Source: Centroscyllium fabricii (Eukaryota). From it: 64,000 bases of DNA. Shown piece by piece: positions 1 through 13,656 of the stretch. The notes below the pieces were generated by a model. The model was not told where the DNA came from. It worked only from the letters and a program-made list of their open reading frames with translations, and did no database searches. Each line of letters begins with the position of its first letter. The stretch's first letter is position 1. The translations under genes and the position numbers were made by a program. The DNA is taken from assembly GCA_051313645.2 (NCBI GenBank), contig JBNRSN020000010.1:47430001-47494000 (forward strand), read 5' to 3'.

Positions 1-532
1 TATTGTAAATAAGATTGATAAGGATGATACCAGAACGGAGAGGGTATAAATACCAGGAAAGACTAAACAGGCGGTGGTTCTTTTCTTTAGAAAAAAGAAG
101 GCTGAGGGGTGACCTAATTGAGGTCTTTGAAATTATGAAGGGATTTGATAGGGTAGACGTGGAGAAGATGTTTCCACATGTGGGGGAGTCCAAAACTCGG
201 GGCCATAAATATAAGATAGTCAGTAATAAATCCAATAAGGAGTTCAGAAGAAACTTCTTTACTCAGAGTGGAGCTATCACATAGAAACATAGAAGATAGG
301 AGCAGGAGTAGGCCATTCGGCCCTTCGAGCCTGCTGAATGGTTGAGGTGAATAGCAGAGATGCATTTAAGGGTAAGCTAGACAAGTACATGAGGGAGAAA
401 GGAATAGAGGAGATGTTGATAGGTTTAGATGAAGCAAGCTGGGAGGAGCTCGTGTGCTGCATAAACACCGGCATGGAGCTGTTGGTTCAGCTGACCGGTT
501 TCTGAGCTGTAAATATTATGTAATACCATGTA
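1..532 (+). mobile_element. CR1 LINE 3' fragment, interrupted by a short inverted CR1 tail at about 281-335
   Basis: ORF 15-284 carries CR1 ORF2 C-terminal motifs (FSLEKRRLRGDLIEVF, KTRGHKYK, RRNFFTQ); ends in an ATGTAAT-type repeat. Confidence 0.85.
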
Positions 533-1001
533 ATAGGTATCTCTTTCAACGTCTAATATTTTTACAACCATATCATATGCTATTTGCATTTGAAGTGAGC
601 CTGGGAAGAGGGTGTTGTGTTTAAGGTGGATGAATTAGCTGCACAAATAGAAGTAAACGAATATATGATTGGGATTACGGAAACATGGCTCCAGGTTGGC
701 TAAGGCTGGGCCCTCAACATCCAGGGGTATTCAATATTCAGGAAAGATAAGCAAAAAGGAAAAGGAGGTGGGGTAGCATTGCTGATTAAAGAGGTGATTA
801 ACACAATTGTAAGGAAGGATATTAGCTCTGATGATGTGGAATCTATATGGGTAGAAATAAGAAATACCCGTGGAGGAGGAATTCCTGGAGTGTATACAGG
901 ATGGTTTCCTGGACCAATATGTCGAAGAACCAACTAGAAATCTGGCCATCTTGGACTGGGTATTATGTAATGAGATAGGATTAATTAGCAATCATGTTGT
1001 G

Positions 1002-1276
1002 TGTGGTAACCATATTGTGTATACATCACCACTGTAATATTGTCGCCAATATTGGCTTTGTATGATACACCGCTTTGCAACACTGTCGTGGAGCCAGGTC
1101 AGCCACACCTCTAACTCCTCCCCCAGGTGAGGCCCTTTATAGGTGAGGACTGACCAGGCTCCCTCATTCTGTTCTGGATGTTCGATCGGAGGGTAGCTCC
1201 AAAGTAAGTTAATAAAAGCCTATAGTTAAGGTCACTACTCGTTTAGTCTTTTATTAAGACAATTGACGATACGTCA
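1002..1276 (+). mobile_element. Solo LTR of the Mag-like Gypsy lineage, related to the copy 3 LTR
   Basis: TG...CA termini, 5-bp TSD TTGTG (997-1001 / 1277-1281), TTTATA and AATAAA, clear similarity to 37980-38256. Confidence 0.93.
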
Positions 1277-2571
1277 TTGTGCGAGGCCTTTTGGGTCGGA
1301 GCAATCATAATATGATAGAATTCTTCATTAAGATAGAGAGTGAAGTAGTTGACTCAGAGACTAGGGTCCTGAATTTAAATAAAGGAACCTATGATGGTAT
1401 GAGACGCGAGATGGGTAGGATTGATTGGGGAATGTCACTCAAAGGGTTGACGGTGAATAGGCAATGGCAAAAATTCAAAGATCGCATGGATGAACTACAG
1501 AATTTGTTCATCCCAGTTTGGCATAAAAATAAAACAAAAAAGGTGACTCAACCGTGGCTAACAAGGGAAATTTGGGATAGCATACGATCCAAGGAGAGGA
1601 CATATAAATTGGCCAGAAAAAGCAGTAAACCTGAGGATTGGGAGCAGTTTAGGATTCAACAAAGGAGGACAAAAGGATTAATTAAGAGGGGAAAATAGAG
1701 TATGAGAGTAAGCTTTCAGGGAACATAAAAACTGACTAAAAGCTTTTATAGATATGTGAAGAGAAAAAGATTGGTGTAGTCAAGTGTTGGTCCCTTGTAG
1801 TCAGAATCAGGGGAATGTATAATGGGGAACAAAGAAATGGCAGACCAATTAAATACATACTTTGGTTCTGTCTTCACAAAGGAAGACACAAATAACATCC
1901 CAGAATTGTCGGGGAACGTAGGGTCGAATGAAAGGGTGGAACTGAAAGAAATAAGTATTTGTAGGGAAATGGTGTTGAGGAAATTGACGGGATTGAAGGC
2001 CGATAAATCCCCAGGGCCTGATAATCAACATCCTCGGGTACTTAAGGAAGTGGCCCTAGAAATAGTAGATGCATTGCTGGTCATCTTCCAAAATTCGATA
2101 GACTCTGGAACAGTTCCCATGGATTGGAGGGTAGCTAATGTTAGCCCACTATTCAGAAAAGGTGGTAGAGAGAAAACGGGGAATTGCAGACCGGTAAGCC
2201 TGACATCGGTAGTGGGGAAAATGCTGGAGTCCATTATAAAAGATGTAATAGCAGAGCACTTGGAAAACAGTGACCATATCGGACAAAGTCAACATGGATT
2301 TACAAAGGGTAAATCATGCTTGACTAATCTACTGGAATTTTTTTAATGTAACTGGTACAATAGATAAGGGAGAACCAGTGGATGGGGTGTATTTGGACTT
2401 CCAAAGGCGTTCGATATAAGGTCCCACATAAGAGATTAGCGTGTAAAGTTAAGGCACATGGGATTGGGGGCAAGGTATTGACTTGGAAAGAGAACTGGTT
2501 GGCAGACAAAAAGCAAAGAGTTAGAATAAACGGGTCTTTTTCCGAGTGGCAGGCAGTGACTAGTGGGGTAC

Positions 2572-5500
2572 TGTGGTAATCCACTGTTGTTGTTGTTGTT
2601 GTGGTTGTTGTTATTCACTGTAGTTCACTCTTGCCTGTTGTATATAACCTGCCTGGGCATGCCTCTGCTGACTCCGCCTCTGGCTCCACCCTCATGCCCT
2701 GGTATAAAGGCAACTGCTTTCCAGTCCCCTGGCATTCAGGACCGGTCAACCAGTAGAGGCATGCTCTCGATCTTTAGTAAATAAAAGCCTGTTAGTTACT
2801 TACTTAACTCCAGTCTTTTGGTAGTGATTGATTGCGCATCAATTTTATTTACTAAAAGTTTTTTGCTGAAATGGTTAAAATCCTAAAACCAGAGCGCCTA
2901 GAGTTAGATCCTCAAGCGGTGGATGCGGCTAGAAAATTCGCGCACTGGCTAAAGTGCTTTGAGGCATTCCTGGATGCCTCCAAAACTACCATTGCATCTG
3001 AGACAGACAAGCTACTGGTCCTGCAATCCCGGGTGAATCACCAGGTGTACTCGATCATTGAGGACGCGGCTACTTACAAGGATGCCCTGGACCTCCTAAA
3101 GGAGCAGTACGCATGCCCGGTTAACGAGGTCTACGCCAGGCACCTCCTACTGTCCCATAAACAGCGGCCCGGGGAACCCACGGAAGATTACCTACGGGCG
3201 CTGAGGGTACTCTGCCGGGCCTGTAATTGTAAAGTGGTGTCGGCAAAGGTGTACGCGGAGGACCTAATCCGTGATGCCCTCATCGCAGGTATCCAATCAA
3301 ATTGGAGCAGGACGACCTTGATTTAAAAAAGGCCACAGCCCTCGCACTATCGCTGGACGTGGCCCATCGAAATATGGACGCATACTCAACGGACCACGCA
3401 GCCGCCTCGTGGATGTCGTGGGCACCACCATCCTGGGACACGGTAGGACCGCTATCCTGCGCTGCGCCACCCCCGCCTCATCCCACCAACAGCCCGACTA
3501 CTGCAGCGATGTCCTGGGGCCAGAAGTGCTACTTCTGCGGCCAAGCAAAACACCCCAGGCAACGCTGCCCGGTGAAAGATGCTACATCCTCCAGCTGTAA
3601 GAAGAAGGGGCACTACGCCAGCATCTGTAAGCCGAAATCGACCTCCCACCCCAGCAGTGCCACGTGTGGACCGATCGAGCCGCCATCTTGGACGGCCGCG
3701 TGGGGAACAAGCGGGCTGCCATCTTGGATGCCCTCCACTGCGTGCGGATTATGGGCACCGCTATCTTGGACGCCTTCAACCGCGGACGAACCCGCCTCCC
3801 CCACCGCCTCACCTGATGACGTCAGCGACTCAACGCTCCCTGCACTGGCCTCTGTCACCCTAGACCAATCCAGGCCTCACCAGCTCGCCAGGATCCATGA
3901 TGGACATAGAGGTAAACAGCCACGCCACGAACTGCCTATTTGACTCGGGGAGCACGGAAATTTTTATTCACCCCCACACGGTGCAGCGTTACTCTCTCTC
4001 GGTTCTGCCAGCGCGCCATCGAATTTCTTTGGCCTCCAAGTCCCACACAGCGGATGTCGGCGGCTACTGCATGGTGACCCTGTCGGTGAGGGGCACAGTT
4101 TACAAGGATTTTAAACTTCTGGTTCTGCCCCACCTCTGCCCTGCCGTCCTACTTGGGTTAGACTTTCAGAGCCATCTTAATAGCGTCACGATGGCGTACA
4201 GTGGGCCCCTCCCCGCTCTCACTGTCTGCAGCCAGCAGTTTTTATATTGCCCACCGCGCACCATTTGCAGCCTCTCGACTCTTAAAGTCACCCCTCCTCC
4301 ACTGTTCGCTAACCTCACCCCAGACTGTAAGCCCATCGCCACCAAGAGCAGGCGACACAGTGCTGGGGACAGATATTTTATTAAATCCGAGGTGCAGCGG
4401 CTCCTGAGGGAAGGGGTTATTGAGGCTAGCACCAGCCCCTGGAGAGCCCAACTGGTAGTCATTAAGACTGGCGAGAAACACCGCCTGGTCATCGACTACA
4501 GCCAAACCATATGCAGCTGGACGCATACCCACTTCCCCGCATATCTGACATGGTCAACCAGATTGCACAGTACCGGGTATTCTCCACTATCGACTTAAAG
4601 TCAGCATATCACCAACTCCCTATCCACCCTGAGGACTGCCAGTACACTGCCTTTGAGGCAAATGGCCATCTCTACCACTTCCTTAGGGTTCCTTTTGGCG
4701 TCACCAACGGGGTCTCAGTCTTCCAGCGGGAGATGGACCGAATGATTGACCAGAACGGGCTGCGAGCTACATTCCCGTACTTGGATAACGTTACCATCTG
4801 CAGCCATGACCTGCAGGACCACGATGCCAACCTTAAGAAATTTCTCCGCACAGCCCAACTCCTAAACCTTACTTACAACAAGGAGAAATGCATGTTCCGC
4901 ACAACCTGCCTCGCTATCCTTGGCTGTGTTGTGGAGAACGGGGTCATTGGTCCCGACCACCGACTGCATGCATCCCCTTCTGGAACTTCCCCTTCCCCTT
5001 CCCCACTGCCTCAAGGCCCTGAAGAGATGCCTGGGCTTCTTTTCGTATTACGCCCAGTGGGTCCCTAATTATGCCCATCCACTCATCAAGTCCACCTCTT
5101 TCCCTCTGGCGGCAGAGGCTCGTCTAGCCTTCAGCCGCATGAAGGAAGACATCGCTAAGGCCACAATGCACGCTGTGGATGAATCCACCCCATTCCAAGT
5201 GGAGAGCGATGCGTCTGACTTTGCCCTGGCTGCTACCCTTAACCAGGCAGGGAGACCCATGGCCTTCTTCTCACGAACCCTCCAGGGCTCCGAAATTAGA
5301 CACTCCTCTGGCGAAAAGGAGGCCCAGTCCATTGTGGAAGCTGTGCGGCACTGGAGGCACTACCTGGCCGGTAAACGATTCACCCTGCTCACTGACCAGT
5401 GTTCAGTTGCTTTTATGTTTAATAACAAGCAACAGGGCAAAATCAAAAATGACAAGATATTGAGGTGGAGAATTGAACTTTCCACCTACAATTATGATAT

Positions 5501-7019
5501 CTTGTACTGGCCCGGGAAGCTCAATGAGCCCCCAGATGCTCTATCCCGCGGAACATGTGCCAACGCACAGGTGGATCAACTGCAGTCCCTCCACAATGAC
5601 CTCGGCCACCCGGGGGTCACCAGGTTCTTCCATTTTGTCAAGGCCCGCAACCTATCTTACTCCATCGAGGCGGTCAGGGCCATGACCAGGAACTGCCAAG
5701 TCTGTGCCGAGTGCAAACCGCACTTTTATAGGCCAGACAGGGCACACCTGATAAAGGCCACCTGCCCTTTTGAGCGCCGATTTTAAAGGGCCCCTCCCCT
5801 CCTCTGACCGCAACGTGTACTTCCTCAATATTATTGATGAGTACTCACGTTTCCCTTTTGCCATCCCTGCCCAGACATGACCTCTGCCACGGTCATCAAG
5901 TGTCTGCACAATCTCTTCGCCCTGTTCGGGTTCCCCAGCTATATCCATAGCGACAGGGTTTCTTCGTTTATGAGTGACGAGCTGCGTCAGTACCTGCTCG
6001 CAAGAGGAGTCGCCACGAGCAGGACCACCAGCTACAACCCCCGGGGGAACGGACAGGTAGAGAGGGAGAACGCAACAGTCTGGAAGGCCACCCTGCTAGC
6101 CCTGAAGTCTAGAGGCCTTCCAATCTCTTGCTGGCAAGAAGTCCTCCCTGATGCGCTCCACGCCATCCGATCACTACTCTGTACTGCCACTAACGCTACT
6201 CCTCACGAAAAAATGTTTGCCTTCCCTAGGAAGTCCACATCAGGGACCTCGCTGCCATCATGGCTGACGTCCCCAGGGGCCGTCCTACTCCAGAAGCATG
6301 TGAGGAACCATAAGACGGACCCCCTGGTCGAAAGGGTCCACCTCCTCCACACCAACCCCCAATAGGCCTACGTTGCGTACCCTGACGGGTGGGAGGACAC
6401 AGTCTCCATTCGAGACCTCGCACCCTCGGGAGCCCGAGACCACCATTACCCACCACCCATTAGCATTGCCCCCACCGCTACCCACAATGCACCAGTGTCA
6501 AGACATTTTTCTCTAGACCCTGTAGACGGCATGCTGGGGCCGCGGGACCCATCGCTGAGCGCCCACCAACTCGACGCGGATGATGACGACACGCCGGTGC
6601 TCCGGACCGCTTGGGATTTGCCAGTAGAACCTGCACCACAGCTGGAACCACGATGGTCGCAGCGGCAGACCAGACAGCCCGAAAACTTAATTATACAAAA
6701 TTTTAAGTCACTTCACCCCGCTGGCCTCATTTTTAAACGAGGGGTGAATGTGGTAAACCACTGTTGTTGTTGTTGTTGTGGTTGTTGTTATTCACTGTAG
6801 TTCACTCTTGCCTGTTGTATATAACCTGCCTGGGCATGCCTCTGCTGACTCCGCCTCTGGCTCCACCCTCATGCTCTGGTATAAAGGCGACTGCTTTCCA
6901 GTCCCCGGCATTCAGGACCAGTCAACCAGTAGAGGCATGCTCTCGATCTTTAGTAAATAAAAGCTTGTTAGTTACTTACTTAACTCCAGTCATTTTTGAT
7001 AGTGATTGATTGCACATCA
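2572..7019 (+). mobile_element. Ty3/Gypsy LTR retrotransposon, Mag-like, copy 1 (degenerate)
   Basis: LTRs 2572-2841 and 6749-7019 (about 10 differences); PPT GAGGGGTGAA; left flank GGTAC, right TSD obscured by a small deletion. Confidence 0.95.
2871..6365 (+). pseudogene. Frameshifted gag-PR-RT-RNaseH-IN of copy 1
   Basis: ORF pieces with CCHC knuckle (CYFCGQAKHPRQRC), protease LFDSGS, RT YLDN, RNase H DASDF / EKEA, integrase HSDR and NGQVER. Confidence 0.93.
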
Positions 7020-8069
7020 GGTTATCAGTCCTTGGATCCCAGCTGTTCACAATATATATTAATGACCTAGACAAGGGAACTAGATGTAATATCTCTAAGT
7101 TTGCTGATGACACAAAGCTGGGTGGGCGTGTGTGCTGTGAGGAGGATGCCGAGAAACTCCAGTATGATTTGGACAGGTTGGGTGATTAGGCAGAAGCATG
7201 GCAGATGCAATATAATGTGGATACATGCAAGGTTATCCACTTTGGTGGCAAAAACAGGAAGACAGATTATTATCTGAATGGTAATAGATTGGGAGAAGGG
7301 GAAGTGCAAAGAGACCTGGGTGTCCTTGTGCATCAGTCGCTGCAGGTAAGCATGCAGGTGCAGCAGACGGTTAAGAAGGCAAATGGTATGTTGGCCTTTG
7401 TAGCGAAAGGGTTCGAGTACAGGAACAAGGATATCTTGCTGCAGTTGTACAGGGCCTTGGTGAGACCACATCTTGAGTATTGTCTGCAGTTTTGGTCACC
7501 TTATCTAAGGAAGGATTATCTTGCCATGGAGGGAGTGCAGCGAAGATTCACCAGGCTGATACCTGGGATGGCAGGAATGATGTATGAGAAGAGATTGGGT
7601 CGCTTGGACTTGTACTCATTGGAGTTTAGAAGAATGAGAGGGGATCTCATTGAAACTTATAAAATTCTAAAAGCACTAGGCAGACTAGATGCAGGAAGGA
7701 TGTTCCTGATGGTGGGGGAGTCCAGAACCAGGGGTCACAGTCTAAGGATAAGAGGTAAGCCATTTAGTACAGAGATGAGGAGGAATTTCTTCACCCAGAG
7801 AGTGGTGAACCTGTGGAATTCTCTACCACAGAAGGCCAAAGAGGCCAATTCATGAAATATATTCAAGAAGGAGTTAGATATATTTCTTAAGGCAAAGGGA
7901 TTAAGGGATATGGAGAGAAAGCAGGGACAGAGTACTGAATTTGGATGATCAGCCATGATCTCATTGAATGGCAGAGCAGGCTCGAGGGGCCGAATGGCCG
8001 ACTCCTATCCTCTATGTTAAGCTAACCTTCTGGAGTTTTCACAAACTAATAGGGTGGACAAGGGAAATG

Positions 8070-8915
8070 CATAGGAACATAACAACAGGAGTATACCAGT
8101 TAGCCCCTGAAGCCTGTTGCACCATTCAATTAGATCCTGGCTGATCTGTACCTCAACTCCATTAACCCATCTTTGCGCCATATCCCTTTGTATCTTTACC
8201 TAACGAAAATCTCTCTATCTCAGTCGCGAAAATTTTAATTGACTGAAGCTCAACAGCTTTTTGAGGGAGCGAGGTCCAGATTTCCGCTACTCTTTGCATG
8301 AAAATATGCTTCCTGATTTCACTCCTGAATGGCCTAGCTCTAATTATAAGATGATGCCCCCTTGTTCTTAATTCCCCCACCAGAGGAAATAGTGTCGCTG
8401 TGTCTAGCGTATCGAATCCCTTTATCACTTTAAACACCTTAATTAGGTTGACCTTCTAAGCTCACGGGAGTTTACTCACAGTCAAGCTTATAGAAGTGAA
8501 GAAAGACTTGAATTTCGATTGCGCTTTTCATGACTTCCCAAAGCGCTTTACAGCCAATGAAGTACTTTTGAAGTGTAGTCACTGTTGTCAGTTTATGCAA
8601 CTTGTCTCCACAATTTAACCCTTTAAGCCCTGGTATCATTCTGGTGAATCTGCGCAGCACCCCTTCTATGGCTAATAATATATTGGTGCAGTGCCCAAAA
8701 CTGAACGCACTACTCAAGATTGGGCCTAATGAAGGCTCCATACAACTGGCGCATTACTTCCTCCCTTTTGAATTCTAACCTCGCGGCAAAGGCCAACATC
8801 CCATTAGCCTTTTCCATTACCTTTTGTTCCTGTCCACTCGCTTTTAGTGATTGATGTACCTGGACATGCAAACCCCTTTGCTCCTACACAGCGCCTCCTA
8901 GTCTCAGACCATTAA
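8070..8915 (-). mobile_element. Old CR1 LINE 3' fragment
   Basis: ORFs 8162-8437 and 8472-8741 with RTRGH and LAIEGVLRRFTRMIPG motifs. Confidence 0.8.
8500..8590 (-). mobile_element. DeuSINE (SacSINE1/AmnSINE1-like) 3' end inserted in CR1
   Basis: Reverse strand reads ACAGTGACTACACTTCAAAAGTACTTCATTGGCTGTAAAGCGCTTTGGGA, matching the DeuSINE 3' region as I recall it. Confidence 0.6.
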
Positions 8916-8967
8916 GAAATAATTTAAAAGAAGACAGGTGTTAAGCAATTAATTAATTAACTGCTAC

Positions 8968-9470
8968 AAAAGCAAAATACTGCGGATGCTGGAAATCTGA
9001 AATAAAAACAGAAAATGCTGGAAATACTCAGCAGGTCAGGCAGCACCTGTGGAGAGAGAAACAGAATTTACATTTCAGGTTGATGACCCTTCGTCAGAAC
9101 TGGAAAAAGCTGGAGATCAAACAGGTTTTTAAGCAAGTGCAGGGGCAGGGACATTAAGCCATTTTTTACACTTCATCTGAAGCCATCTTTTGTTTCTTAA
9201 CTTGTCTCATTACCATCTTCTTTTGCCTTGCACCATCATCCCTTTCATCATTTAATCTCTCCTGCCTTCCATCCTATCACAGACCTTCCCCTTTGTCCTT
9301 TCCTCCCCTCCCCCCTTTCCCTGCCCCTGCCCTGCCTTAAAAACCTGTTCCATCTCCAGCTTTTTCCAGTTCTGACAAAGGGTCATCGACCTGAAACGTT
9401 AACTCGGTTTCTCTTTCCACAGATGCTGCCTGACCTGCTGAGTATTTCCAGCATTTTCTGTTTCTATTTT
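8968..9470. mobile_element. Short Penelope-like element with inverted pseudo-LTR arms
   Basis: Inverted arms of about 145 bp (about 9007-9151 / 9318-9462); 17-bp TSD AATTA(A/C)TTAACTGCTAC (8951-8967 / 9471-9487); minimal hammerhead-like core in each arm. Confidence 0.75.
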
Positions 9471-9594
9471 AATTACTTAACTGCTACTGCTGTGTCTCCA
9501 GATTCAAGTTTCCCACTATCATTTTTCAGTGGACTAATCATTTCTCTCACCCTTTTTTTTGCTGTGGATCTTTTTGAAAATCCTTTCATTGTTA

Positions 9595-11640
9595 ATCATA
9601 GAATCATAGAATCATAGAAGATAGGAGCAGGAGTAGGCCATTCAGCCCTTCGAGCCTGCTCCGCCATTCAATGAGATCATGGCTGATCTTTAGCAAGCAA
9701 GTACCCCATCCCCGCCTTTTCTCCGTAACCTTTAATCCCTTTAGCTTGAAGAAATATATCCAATTCCCTCTTGAATATGTTTAATGAACTGGCCTCCACC
9801 GCCCTCTGTGGCAGGGAATTCCACAGGCCCACCACTCTCTGAGTGAAGAAATTCTTCCTCATGTCTGTCCTAAATGGTTTACCCCTTATCCTTAGACTGT
9901 GGCCCCTGGTTCTGGACTCCCCCGCCATTGGAAACATTCTCTCTGAATCTAACCTGTCCAGACCTTTCAGAATTTTATACGTCTCAGTGAGATCGCCTCT
10001 CAATCTTCTAAACTCCAACGAGTACAAGACCAGACTACATAATCTCTCCTCATAGGTCATTCCTGCCATTCCAGGAATCAGCCTGGTGAAACGCCGCTGC
10101 ACTCCTTCCATGGCAAGAACATCCTTCCTCAGGCGAGGCGACCAGAACTGTACACAATACTCGAGGTGTGGTCTCACCAGTGCCTTGTACAGCTGCAGTA
10201 AGGTATCCTTATTCCTATACTCGAACCCTCTTGATATGAAGGCCAACATACCATTTGCCTTCCTAACCACCTGCTGCACCTGCGTGCTCGCCTTCAGCGA
10301 CTGGTGCACAAGAACACCCAGGTCTCTCTGCACCTCCCCATCTCCCAATCTATTGCCATTTAAGTAGTAATCTACCCTCCTGTTTTTGCCCCCAAAGTTG
10401 ATAACCTCACATTTATCCACATTATAGTGCATCTGCCATCTATCTGCCCAGTCCCCCAACTTATCCAAATCACCCTGTAACTTCCTGACACCCTCTTCAG
10501 AGCCTGCCCCCCCTCCTAGTTTGGTGTCATCCGCGAATTTGGAGATATTACATTCAATTCCCTGATCCAGATTATTAATATATATTGTAAACAGCTGGGG
10601 TCCCAGGACAGACCCCTGCGGTACCCCACTAGTCACCGGCTGCCACTCAGAAAATGAGCCGTTAATTCCAACTCTCTGTTTTCTGTCTGCCAACCAGTTC
10701 TCTATCCACATCAAAACTTTGCCCCCAATTCCATGAGCCTTAATTTTACATGCTAATCTTTTATGTGGAACCTTATCGAAGGCTTTCTGGAAGTCAAGGT
10801 ACACCACATCTACTGGCTCTCCCCCATCTATTTTCCGAGTTACTTCCTCAAAGAATTCCAATAGATTAGTTAAACATGATTTACCTTTTGTAAATCCATG
10901 TTGACTCTGTCCGATCTCATCCCTAATTGTCAAATGCTCCGAGATTACATCCTTGATAATGGACTCGAGCATTTTGCCCACTACTGATGTAAGGCTTACT
11001 GGTCTATAATTCCCTGCTTTCTCTCTGCCCCTCTTTTTAAATAGTGGGGTAACATTAGCCACCCTCCAATCCGTGGGTACTGATCCAGAGTCTATCGAGT
11101 TCTGGAAAATGATCCTTAAAGCACCCTCTATTTCCAGGGCTACCTCTTTAAGTACCCTAGGATGTAGATTATCAGGCCCTGGGGATTTGTCGGCCTTCAA
11201 TCCCTTCAACTTCCCCAAAACCATCTCCCTAGAAATACTGATATCTGTCAGCTCCTCCCTTGCATTAGACCCTATGTTTGCTGCTATCCCTGGGAGGTTG
11301 CTTGTGTCCTCCTTTGTGAAGACAGTACCAAAATATGAATTTAGTTGGTCTGCCATTTCTTTATTCCCCATTATATATTCCCCTGAATCAGACTGCAAGG
11401 GACCGACTTGGGATTTTACCAATCTTTTCCTCTTGATGTACCTATAAAAGCTTTTGCAGTCAGTTTTTATGTTTGCCGCAAGCTTACATTCGTAATCTAT
11501 CTTCACCCTCCTGATTAATCCCTTTGTCTTCCTTTGCTGTATCCTGAACTGCTCCCAATCTTCCGGCCTAGTACTTTTTTTGGCCAATTGATATGCCCAT
11601 TTTTTGGATTTAATGTTGTCCCTTATTTCCCTTGTTAACT
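9595..11640 (-). mobile_element. Young 5'-truncated CR1 LINE with uninterrupted RT domain
   Basis: 662-aa ORF 9677-11665 with YLDFQKAFD, GVPQGSVLGP, FADD; (ATTCTATG)n tail. Confidence 0.95.
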
Positions 11641-11902
11641 GAGATGTTCTCAGAAATCTTTCCATCTATGGGTCAATTGGCTACTCCTATTGTGTTTTTT
11701 TCACCAGGTCGAGCTCCTCTTTATAATTTGCCCATTCCTGCTGCCCCTTCAATCAGTTAACAACAACTAAGCACTGATGTAACAGATTTGACTTGCTTGG
11801 TAAAAGCATTTGCAAGATAACCTGCGAAAAGCTGATTATAAATATAGAATTCTGTCTTTTCAAGCCATATAATTAAAATCATAATTGTCATTCTTTCTTT
11901 AC

Positions 11903-11953
11903 CTTGATCTTCAATGTTTAGGCTCTTCATCAGCCACTGTACAATGTCAGCAC
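11903..11953 (-). CDS. RGS6/RGS7: Host internal coding exon (51 bp), DEP domain of an R7-family regulator of G-protein signalling
   Basis: Minus strand: tctttccatttcAG|GTGCTGACATTGTACAGTGGCTGATGAAGAGCCTAAACATTGAAGATCAAG|GTaaag, phase 1-1, encodes (G)ADIVQWLMKSLNIEDQ; compare RGS6 GTDIVQWLMKNLSIEDP and RGS7 GSDIVQWLIKNLTIEDP (recalled). Paralogue not resolved. Confidence 0.85.
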
Positions 11954-13656
11954 CTGAAATGGAAAGATAATGGAAAACGAATGATTGAACTGAAAGCCCA
12001 AGGCAAATGCACCATTATTAACAAATCTATCAAAATGAATCAGCTGGGAGCTTTGATGAAAATTATTTTTACAGTGAGACTGAGAATAGACCAAGTCTAA
12101 AGTCGGAAAGTAACACCTACATAATTTAAATCAAAGCCAAACATGTCTGTTCTATTATACCTCATGATCACTGCAGGACTATGGTAATCTCATGGGGGCA
12201 GTACAAACAAGCTCAACATTACTGTTTTAGAAGCTTGTTTTAAATCAGCTCCCAAGGCTTAATGGTGAGCCACTAAGGAAATAACAGGATGGGGACAACT
12301 GGAGGCTTCACAGGATCTCCTTCACATTTTATACTAAAAGATACTGACCTGGACAATGACCATGAGGGAAATGGTTTTGGTGGTGTGCTTACTGTGCTAC
12401 ACAGAAAATGTGTTTTTATATATTTATCAAAATAAAGCCTTTGCCTTCAATGGGCCAGTTATGTTTTAAGAATTTTGACTATTTGACCTGGGGGTGCGGG
12501 GGGGGGGGATTTTGGATTCATTTATATTAAGATGTTACTAATAATTTAAATTCAGTTCAAAAGGGGATTCAATCCATACAACACAATCTGCTTCTGGAAT
12601 CTGGATTAGATCCAGGCAAAGTAGCTCGAGAAACACTGGCCTCGATATTAACCCCGCACCACTGGCAGGAGAGGGACAGGGTTCAAGACTTAAATATGGG
12701 GAACGCGTCCCCAACTCGCTCGTTGCCGTTTTTACGGTGGGGATATCGGAGCGATTTCATTAACATATTTAAATCAGGATCCCACAGTGCAATTGTGAAG
12801 GGATTCGCAAAATTTCATATGTTCCCCCCCCTGAAGATTTATTGAATTTATTAAAGAAACCCTGGTGTGACTGTTTTATAAATCCAGGGCCTCTCAAAAT
12901 GGCTGCAGTCGGACACGTGGTCAAGGCCTGCAACATCTGAAATTGGATTCTGCAACAGATTAGCATACTGCGTGTTTAAAACATCTGCAGCAGCTTTTCA
13001 CAGAAGTAGACAGAGGCCTTTTGAATAATGTAGTGAGGCATGCTCAGTTGCATCCTTGCCCTGGAACAAGCCATTAAAGTTGTTTGCTTAAACAATCAAG
13101 GTCCGAGCGGCAGAAGCCAAAGACTGAATTGACCCATCGAGGAGCATTCGAAACAATGGAGAAGCAGTAATGGGACCGATCAGGACAGTTATCGGCCATT
13201 AAAGTAGATGAGCCAAGATCGGGGCCCTTTACGTTTTTGCGCCCAAATTGGACAATGGAACAGACTAATGGGTCGTGAAGAAAACAATTACCAGGAGGGT
13301 ATAACTGAGGCATACCAGTCCCCCTCTCGCTCTCTCTCTTAGCCTCAGCCTGGTGTCCTGTCTGCCTGCTAGCAAACAAGAAGACCGTCCAGTAACTTCG
13401 CAACCACGTGTCGACAGCAGCAGCAGGGCACAGGGGTCAGGCTTCTTCATCTGTTTCACTGGTGAGCATTAATTTTCTGGCCACCACAAGATAACCTAGC
13501 TAAGTGTAAGGGTGGGAATTATAAGGGTATTGTGATAAACTGTATATCACTGTAATACCATGTAACACCTGTATAGCACTGTAATACCATGTAACACCTG
13601 TATGAGATCCCAGGGACATACCTGGCGCCGCCCATGACTCCTCCCCCACTGGAGGA

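Larger units (their letters stand above)
622..8016 (+). mobile_element. Degenerate CR1 LINE ORF2 (endonuclease + RT), split by a solo LTR (1002-1276) and Gypsy copy 1 (2572-7019)
   Basis: Collinear fragments: endonuclease GITETWL and KGGGVALL (about 670-790), SNHNMIEF (ORF 1279), KSPGPD and QHGFTKGKSCLTNL (1822-2346), KFADDTKL after 7020, C-terminus 7205-7855, CR1 3' tail to about 8016. Confidence 0.9.
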
